A stretch of DNA of 64,000 nucleotides from the human T2T-CHM13v2.0 reference genome, Homo sapiens. The notes beneath the pieces were generated by a model that was not told where the DNA came from, did not search any database, and saw only the letters and a program-made list of their open reading frames with translations. A program made the translations under genes and the position numbers. The stretch lies in assembly GCF_009914755.1 (NCBI RefSeq), contig NC_060927.1. One strand, given 5' to 3'. Positions 55,446-64,000 of this stretch are shown here, one piece after another (within the stretch, counting starts at the first letter, position 1; the number at the start of each line of letters is the position of its first letter).

Positions 55446-56927
55446 TTTTAAAAGGGTAACTCTTTTTCTTCAGCATCTCTCTCTCCCTCCAATAACTGTT
55501 AGTCTCCATCCAATATTTGGCTCTCGTTTGTGCACAGCATAGTGAATTTTCTTTATTGTTGCCTTAGATTTTACTGACTTCTGTTATTCTAATTCAACGT
55601 CATTTGTGTATATTCCTTGCCTTTCCAAATAGGTAGTAAGCTCCTTGCTGGCAAGGACTGCATGCTTATTTGCATTCTTCATTAAAGACATGTTCAGCAG
55701 CCACCCTATATGCATTTTTTATTCATAAACATCCCTATTCCAGGGCAAATCAATGGATGACAAGGTCCTACATGAGAGATAAAAATGACATCTAAAAGCA
55801 ACCTGCACCAAATTTAATATTTTCAATAAAATTATTTTCCCCGTTGTACTGATGTATTTATAACAGAACAGGTGACATGAATTGAGCTTCTTAGCTTAAT
55901 CAAATTACCTGTGTCATCACAGTTCCGGAAAGAAAAAAAAAATGTATAATATGATTCTGACTCACTAATTCCATTAAAAGAAAGAAGAATTTAACTTTCT
56001 GAGAAATAAAACTTCTGCTTGGAAAAATCCACAGGATCAGTGCTGTTGTCTTTAAATTAATGATATAACCCCTTGGCTATAAGAAGCAGTTATTGTACAG
56101 GTGTAAAAAGAAACAAGCAGCCATGTAGAGAAAAAATAACTGCATTTCTGGAATGGAAAGTAATCAGCCTGGAAATGTAAGAAATCGAGTAGGAAATGAA
56201 TGAGAATCTTAACAAAGCATCAGTATGCCAATTCTTGCCAATGGTTCTGTTCATTCAGGCAGGTAGTGAATGTTACAATTTGGTGGGAAAAATTCCTTTG
56301 AGATCTTTTTAAGGAGGAACAGTTTGAAAGCTGTTTGTGTCATAGTGTCAGGGTTTTTAGAAGCTGCCTCTCAGTTTATTGCTAATATTTTATGTGGCAG
56401 TGATAAAAAGATATTAAATTGTACATTTGAAATATTAACCACTGCTTCCAAGAAGGAATTATTCTTGCCCACTTAGCTCCTGAGCACTTGTGAATGGGCA
56501 GAGTCCAGGACATAAGGAAATGAAAATGAGAACAGAATTAACAAGGATAAATTGGCCTAACTAATAAAGCTCTTATCCAGTGACCAGAGAGGAGAGACTG
56601 CAAAGAAGACTGCGAGGAAATGTTTGGGGACCTTGGAATGAAAGAAGGGAGAGATTTTAGAGTAGCTCATTGGGGTTTGAAAAAGGCAAGGTGAGAAGAA
56701 GATTAATTGCAAAAGGTCTGTATCTTTTGTATCTGTACCTGATACTCCTCCTTTGCCATTTTTGTGAGTGGCAAATGTAATAATAACTGGTACAATGGTT
56801 AATGCTGGTTTCATCAGCTGAGAACCATATTCTGTTTAGAAAAGTTAGGAAACAAAAGCACTCCCCTTCCTAAGAGCCCCCTATCTGCTTCTTAGGGGCC
56901 GCACCTTAGGTATTTGGGGTAACTCAG

Positions 56928-57282
56928 TGTACTATCCGTTTTCACACTGCTGATAAAGACATACCCAAGACTAGGAAGAAAAAGAAGTTTAGTTGGACTT
57001 ATATTTCCATATGGCTGGGGAGGCCTCAGAATCATGGTGGGAGGTGAAAGGCACTTCTTACATGGCGGCAGCAAAAGAAAAATGAAAGAAATGCAAAACT
57101 GGAAACCCCTTATAAAACCATCAGATCTCGTGAGACTTACTCACTACCAAGAGAACAGTATGGTGGAAACCACCCCCATGATTCAAATTTTCTTGCACCA
57201 GGTCCTTCCCACAATCCATGGGAATTATGGGAGTACAATTCAAGATGAGATTTGGGTGGAGACACAGAGCCAAACCATACCA
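56928..57282 (-). mobile_element. THE1 (B/C-type) solo LTR
   Basis: ACTGCTGATAAAGACATACCC...GAGACACAGAGCCAAACCATACCA; TSD CTCAG/CTTAG. Confidence 0.92.
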
Positions 57283-57319
57283 CTTAGTATAATAACAGCA
57301 GCAGCCCCAACAGCTGCTA

Positions 57320-57560
57320 ATAATTTTTATTGAACACTTACTGTGTGCTAGTGGGAAATGAATGAGTGCTGAACACTCACATGGGTCATTTCGTTTTATT
57401 CTCACAGAAATATTTTGTGCTAAGTGCTGTTATTATCACCAAATTTTTTTAAAAAAAGGCAACTGAGGATTATAGTGGCTAAGTAATTTTCCAATTGCAC
57501 ATATACCAGTTTAGTGGTAGGGCATTGTTAGACTCCAAATCTATCATCTAAACTGCTACA
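57320..57560 (-). mobile_element. MIR
   Basis: TTTATTGAACACTTACTGTGTGC...AACTGAGG...TAAGTAATTTTCC. Confidence 0.65.
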
Positions 57561-57794
57561 AGATTCTATACAATAAAATAGCAAACTCTGAGATGCATTT
57601 GTTGGGCATCACCAGGAAAGGCAAAAGGCAAGAAGATTCTAAAGGTCATGCTGCACTGTGATATTTTAGCATATTCTCACTAACAAAGAAGAAGAAAAGG
57701 TATTCCATTCTCAGTTGTTTTAAAACCTACATGTTAGTATTTTTGCCATAATAGGGAAATTAGCTTCATTCTATTCAGCTTAACTTCTAAACTG

Positions 57795-58100
57795 AGAATC
57801 ATAGAATGGTAGAACAAGATAGTAGTTTAGATAATGTGCCTGATCCTTCTTTACAAATGAAGAAACTGAGGCCCAGAGAGATTCTGTAACACTTAGTGAC
57901 CAAGCCAGGACTAGTCTTGCTCTGTCACCCAGGCTGGAGTGCAGTGGCACGATCTCGGCTCACTACAACCTCCACCTCCTGAATTCAAGTGATTCTTGTG
58001 CCTCAGCCACCGGAATACCTGGGATTACATGCATGGGCCACCATGCCCAGCCCATGATCATCAACTACGAACCTTGGGTTTGTTCCACTCTAGCACATTG
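57795..58100 (-). mobile_element. MIR3-type element interrupted by a tail-less Alu right-arm fragment (57913-58051)
   Basis: TTACAAATGAAGAAACTGAGGCCCAGAGAG...CCAGGACT, then Alu text AGTCTTGCTCTGTC...ATGCCCAGC. Confidence 0.8.
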
Positions 58101-58239
58101 ATATGATGGGTAGCGTATTTCATTTTAACCCTGCTGGATGACTGTTTAATTGAAGGTACCCCTTGTCAGCCTAGTAATCACAGAAGATTCCTAATAACAG
58201 TCTAGAGATTTAAATAAGTGATTCAAATTATCACCTGAC

Positions 58240-59645
58240 CTGCAGAATGGAAGAAAATATCTGCAAACCACATATCCAACCAAGGACTAGTATTTAGAAT
58301 ATGCTTAAAAACTCTCAAAATCCAATGTCAAAAGAACATGCAATCCCAATTTGAACATGGACAAAAGACACAGACATTTCACCAAAGAGGATATATAGAT
58401 TCTGAGTAGCACATGAAAAGATATTCAACACCATTGGCCATTATAGAAATTCAAATTAAAACCACAATGAGATATAATTGCACAGCTATCAGAACAGTTA
58501 AAATAATAGTGAGAACACCAAAGACTTCCGAGGATTAGGAGGAACTGAATCACTGATAAATTGCTGATAGGCGTGTAAAATGGTCCAGGCACTGTGGAAA
58601 ACAGTTTGGCAGTCTCTTAAAAAACTAAACGTGCAAGTCCCATATGACCCAGCAATTGCACCCTTGGGCATTTATCCCAGAGAAATGAAAACTTATGTTT
58701 ATTAAAATTCCTCTATGTGAATGTTTATAGCAGCTTTATTCATAATAGCTAAAAACTGGAAAAAATCCAGATGTCCTTCAGTGGAGAATGGGTAAACAAA
58801 TAATAGTGCATATACAGTGGAATTCTAGGAATGAAGTGTTGATACATATAGCAACCAGGCTGAATTTCCAGAGAATTATGCTGAGTGAAAAAAGCCAATC
58901 CCCAATGTTGATACATTGTATCATTTTATGTACATAACAAACTTGATGTGAAAAAAATAGATAGAAAACAAGTTAGCATTTGCCAGGAGTTAAAAAGAGG
59001 ATAGGCATGGGAGGGAAGTGCTGTGTCTATAAAAGCCCACATGAAAAATCCTATTTTAATCACTTCCTCTGTACCCCATCAGTAAGAGGGATATGGGGAT
59101 CATCCAACACTGGACTAATGAGATTGACAGCAGTTTACTAGTCACATATACTCACAGCCAGGGAGAGAAGGACATCGTGCATGCAGAATCACATAGGAGC
59201 AGGTACACCCTGGAACGGAGTGAACACCCAGCAGCTGTTGGAGTCAGGCTTTGTACCACCAAGATGATGGGGTGATGACCCTTAGTTCCCATGGGAGGAT
59301 GTGATTGCATTATTTGAATAAGTTTGCTGTTTTGCAGGAAGCTGAAACATTCCACTTAGGAATAAGCAGAAATTGTGCATGGTCCCCATGTTAAGGAGGG
59401 CTGTTTGGTCAGGGGGCTTTATCCACAGGAGCAGAGTAGGGAGGAGGGCTTGTGGCTAGGCCACTTGAATTCCTCCTGGTTTTCTCCAGGCACATACAAC
59501 AGTGGGCCTTAATTTTAGGCTCTTTACCACAAATCCTATAGTAAAGGAAATATTCTGCATGTTGGCTGCATCAGTGGAAATAACCTTGCTGTGATAGGAT
59601 ACTATAGATTTGCAAAACATTACCACTGGAGGAAATTGGGCCAGA
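58240..59645 (+). mobile_element. L1MC/MB 3' region split by an LTR
   Basis: AAAATATCTGCAAACCACATATC; CATATGACCCAGCAATTGCAC; TATGCTGAGTGAAAAAAGCCAATC. Confidence 0.85.
59052..59531 (-). mobile_element. ERVL-class solo LTR (MER54/MER74-like) with TSD AATCC
   Basis: Minus strand begins TGTGGTAAAGAGCCTAAAATTAAGGCCCA; AATCC at 59047 and 59532. Confidence 0.65.
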
Positions 59646-60367
59646 CAAACAGTCAGGAGTAGTATAGTGGCTTAGAAGAGAAAGAGACTTTCCCATCACT
59701 TGGGCTTATTTCAGAAATAGAAATCGGTTCTGAAACACTGGTAGGACAGCTTCTAGAACACTGCAAGACTGCAAATCTCAAAAGATTATTACAGAAATTA
59801 ACAATTATTATTTTTATGCATTTTTTCATCTTCTGTTGTCCATTGGTTTTTCTACATAAATTAGGAGGTGCAAAAGAGGTAAAAGATATGGTACTCTTTC
59901 CTGAGGTAGGTCCAGTTTGGCAGTTTCTCAACATATGAATGCATCAGAGAAACTATAAGATAATGTAATCCAGTGTGGTTCTCGCTAGTACAATACAAAA
60001 GTGCTCCATGAGGCTTGAGAGAGTTTAGGATTTGGTGTACCTATCTAGCAGGGAAAGGCAATACACAGTCATAGTAATAGAATTGTGCAGAGAGAAAAGA
60101 AAAGGAATAGACTTTGAGGTATAAATAGATGCAACAAAATGTACAAAAATATATATGTTCAGGGTCAACAATTAGCCAAGCCCAAAAAGAAGTTTCTTTG
60201 ATAAGTATAGCTCAGTGGCTAAAACGTCAGATTATAGAATTGAACTTCCTGGGTTCAAATATAGATATTTCCTCTTCACCAACTATTTAACTTTGGACAA
60301 GCTACATAACTTCTCCAAGGCTCATTTCCTTATCCATAAGAAGGAATAAAAACAGTACTAATAGCCC

Positions 60368-60673
60368 TTTTTTTAAAAAAAGAATGTAGAGACAGGCTCT
60401 TGCTCTGTTGCTCAGGCTAGAGTACAGTGGCACAATCATAGCTCACTGCAGCCTTGAACACCTGGGCTCAATTCATCCTCCTGCCTCAGCCTCCAGAGTA
60501 GCTGGGACTATAGGCATGCGCCACCATGCCTGGCTGATCTTTTTAAACGTTTTTATAGAGACAGGGTCTTTTTATGATGCTCAGGCTGGTCTTAAACTCC
60601 TGGCCTCAAGTAATCCTCCCACCTTGGCTTCCCAAATTGTTGAGATTACAGGCATGAGCTACCTCATTGGCCT
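60368..60673 (-). mobile_element. AluJ nested in a MIR (~60200-60770)
   Basis: CAATCATAGCTCACTGCAGCCTTG; flanks CTGGGTTCAAAT and ACAGTGCCTAACATA. Confidence 0.9.
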
Positions 60674-61272
60674 AATACTCCTTTTTTATAGGATGGTTGT
60701 GATGTTCAAAAGTGAAAATGGGTACAAAGCTTTCATCACAGTGCCTAACATATAATTTGTACTTGATAATCACTAACAACAATATACAAGGCGCATAGGT
60801 ATGATTGTACCAGATAATCAGGCATTTAAAATGTCAGAATCAGAAATCTCAACTTGATGGGCCCAGGCAATGATGAAGAGCCATGGAACATTTTTCAAAA
60901 GAGTTTACAATTCATTGGATAAAATATAAAGACTGAAACATTTGTTGATACACTAGAACTATTCCCAATTGTTGCTTTGCACAATCACTCAACAACATAG
61001 CCACTATTTTCTCTTCCTCACAGATAAGGAAACTGAGGCTCAAAGGCAGTGAGTTACTCAAGTTTGTACACAGAGAAAGGTAAGCACCAGTATTCTAGCT
61101 CCTTGCCCACAGCTCTTTTATATCACTCATGGCTTTCATTATAGATATATATCTATCTGTCATCTATAACCACAGATTGTTGTTGACTGATGGCTATTCC
61201 TGAAACAAGCTTCCAATCAGCACAGGGAATGAAGGGTGCATATTGGAAAAAGTAAGCAAATAGAGTAAGTGA

Positions 61273-61607
<335 letters not shown>

Positions 61608-63067
61608 TGAAAGGTCATTATTACATATAATGAAAGTAATCATTTAGGATCATTAATCTTATAGCAGAATAAATGATAGAAGGAAGAGAGGTTGAAGCTG
61701 GGTGACTATATTACAATGAGCCGAGAATATTATTAGAACCTCTTCCTTGGTGTTATTGGTGGTTGAAACAGACAGAAAGAATAACTGGAAACATTTGAAG
61801 GAAGAACCTATACAAAAATCAATGTATATTTCAAGGCAAATGTTTTCAATCTTAGAACAGTGACTTCCTTACTTCGATATTTTGTATATTTATTAAACTA
61901 TCTCTTCCAAAATGTTCCCCCCCAAATTAAAAACCACCTTCAATGTAATTATGAGGAGCCAAAGATCCTTAAGTCACTTTTCAATTATAATGATTACTAT
62001 GAAATGCTACTATTATCTCCCCATTTGGACAAGGGTCCTAGCCACATGTAATCTTTTGAGAGGTTATTTGTCTAATTTTCTTTCTCCAAAACCACAAATT
62101 TTCTAGGAGAATGGTAATTATATTGTAAACATTTGGCTTTGCCATTATTGCTAATAGCATTACAATTTTCTAACAATAAACCTGAAATTTTCCATGAAAT
62201 ATAAACACAATCAGCTGTCAAAGCCCTTTTTAGTTTACAAAGACTTAGAAAAAAGAATTCTTGGATTTTTCTCAAGAACACAAAAAAATGGCATTTTAAT
62301 AGCTCTTTTCCTTGTTTCAATGTTTTAATGAATCTTGTCTATAATTCCCAACTCTGAATATTACTGTGCAATCACATTCTTCTCGTGTTTTAACATATAG
62401 GTGAATTTGACAATTAGAAATTTATTTGATGATTAGAAACATGATTAACTATAAATTCAAGGTTTGGCTTTGATTTCTAAAGAAATGAGCTACACTAAGT
62501 TTTAGAACAACATAGCGATAGTGAAGGAAAATAAAAACAATGTGATAAAGTGTAAAACAGACTAGAAAACAATTTAAGTCCAAAGAGCTAATTTAGTTAA
62601 CCAATAATCATAGAACTAATTTCTAATTTTGGCAAAACTTACTTTTAAATTTCACCGATATATAGGCAAAAACTGTGATCAGTACTTTAGAAATGAAAGA
62701 TTAGTCACTCTGATGAGATAGTAGAATTTCTGTATATATAATAGAACCCAAATTAATTTGGGAATGTTTAGAGTGTTTTTACCCACTCCACAGAGAGTTT
62801 CTCAAATGGCACAACAGTCTTCTCTCTTCCTTCCTCTTCCTAACGAGTGGATATTCCACCCCATTATTTTTTAAAGAAGCTACACCAATTTATAGGATAC
62901 AGCAATGGATGGAGAAGTCCTAGAAAGGACTGGATGCTATAGGGATGGAAAAAGATCTGAAAATTTTGTGGACAGGGAAACTTCGTAGCACGTGTGAGGG
63001 AAGTGGGTAGAAAAGATAACAAAATGCTACTATCTCCATGGAAAATGTTGCTAGATCCCCTTTTTGT

Positions 63068-63244
63068 AGGGTTGCCACATGCAAAAACATTTACAGGATT
63101 CATAGTTAAATTTCAAGTAAACAACAAATAATTTTTTAGGATAAACATATCCCAAAGATCATTGGATCATTCCATACATTTTTTTCCTTTTCTTTGTTTT
63201 CTTTCTGTTTCTTTTCAAATATTTTGGCTAAATCTAGCAGCCCT
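63068..63244. mobile_element. MER53-like palindromic hAT MITE
   Basis: AGGGTTGCCA ... CTAAATCTAGCAGCCCT inverted termini. Confidence 0.65.
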
Positions 63245-64000
63245 GTGTGACATTTTTGATTAAGGGATAGGCTCTTCTAAAATTTGGCATAGTCTTCTCT
63301 GAGATAGGATGAGGCAGATGCAGCTTTTAAAGGCCTCATTTTGAACAATAAGCATATGGCCAATGTCTTCGGAAATTCCTGAAGTTGGGTAAAACCTGGC
63401 TCTTGAATATCTTAAATTTGCTGTGGTAGATCCTTGGTATTCAAAGGTCTGAGTGTTTAAGCATGAGCAAACTAACAATAATAATAATTTAATAAAAGTT
63501 CAAAACTTCATAAAATGTAATAATATAATCTGTTGCAATAAACTTGTTTTTGTTTCCCAGGGAGTTCATCCCATAATTAAAGCAATTATGGAAAGAAACA
63601 GATGTATACAGGAAGGTCAGCTTTACTATAATTATTCACTCTCTATATTTAGCTGGAATTTTTTTAAAAAAGCAAAGTTCATTTCCACAGCAGAACAGAG
63701 AAGGATTCTTCAATTGCAATTTTACTTACATATTTTAAAATTTAAATTTTGAGGAGAAATCATATGCACAAAGCTGTGATTTAGCTTTCTTTTTGAGTTC
63801 ACCAAAGAGCGAAAGAACTGTTCATGAAATATGGGGTATGACTGCATTCAAAAGGTGCTATAATTAATCACAATACGTTTTCCTAACAGTTTAGGAAAAT
63901 ATAGAATATCCATACTATAAGGTCTCAGCCTCATCCATCTGTATTTTACTGTTCTAGTAGATTAAACAGGTATCTGATTAGAAATAAAAGTTGAAGGGTC

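Noticed and set aside
59046-59539. Apparent 8-9 bp TSD (AATCCTAT) around the LTR
   Set aside because: Resolves to a normal 5-bp AATCC TSD once the decayed LTR terminus at 59052 is included

Overview
AT-rich, repeat-laden human non-coding DNA; an AluYb8 at 4712-5011 marks it as Homo. I can support no intact protein-coding gene, tRNA, rRNA or CRISPR array. The only gene-derived feature is a full-length, heavily decayed processed pseudogene of HSP90AB1 (52865-55445, +) with UTRs, an A-tail remnant and a target-site duplication (TSD). About 14 Alu/FAM elements, old L1/L2/MIR fragments, MaLR/ERV LTRs and hAT-type DNA transposon fossils make up much of the rest; family names are from memory of consensus sequences. 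Structure the standard annotation does not explain: (1) a ~0.5 kb imperfect palindrome at ~31820-32360 with two ungapped 103-bp arms (87% complementary) in a repeat-poor block; (2) two locally templated insertions, one inverted (39714-39804 copied to 41014-41104) and one direct (27491-27627 copied to 24274-24397); (3) further repair scars, namely a tail-less Alu patch in a MIR and a mariner TIR at an L1 deletion junction; (4) several short tandem duplications.
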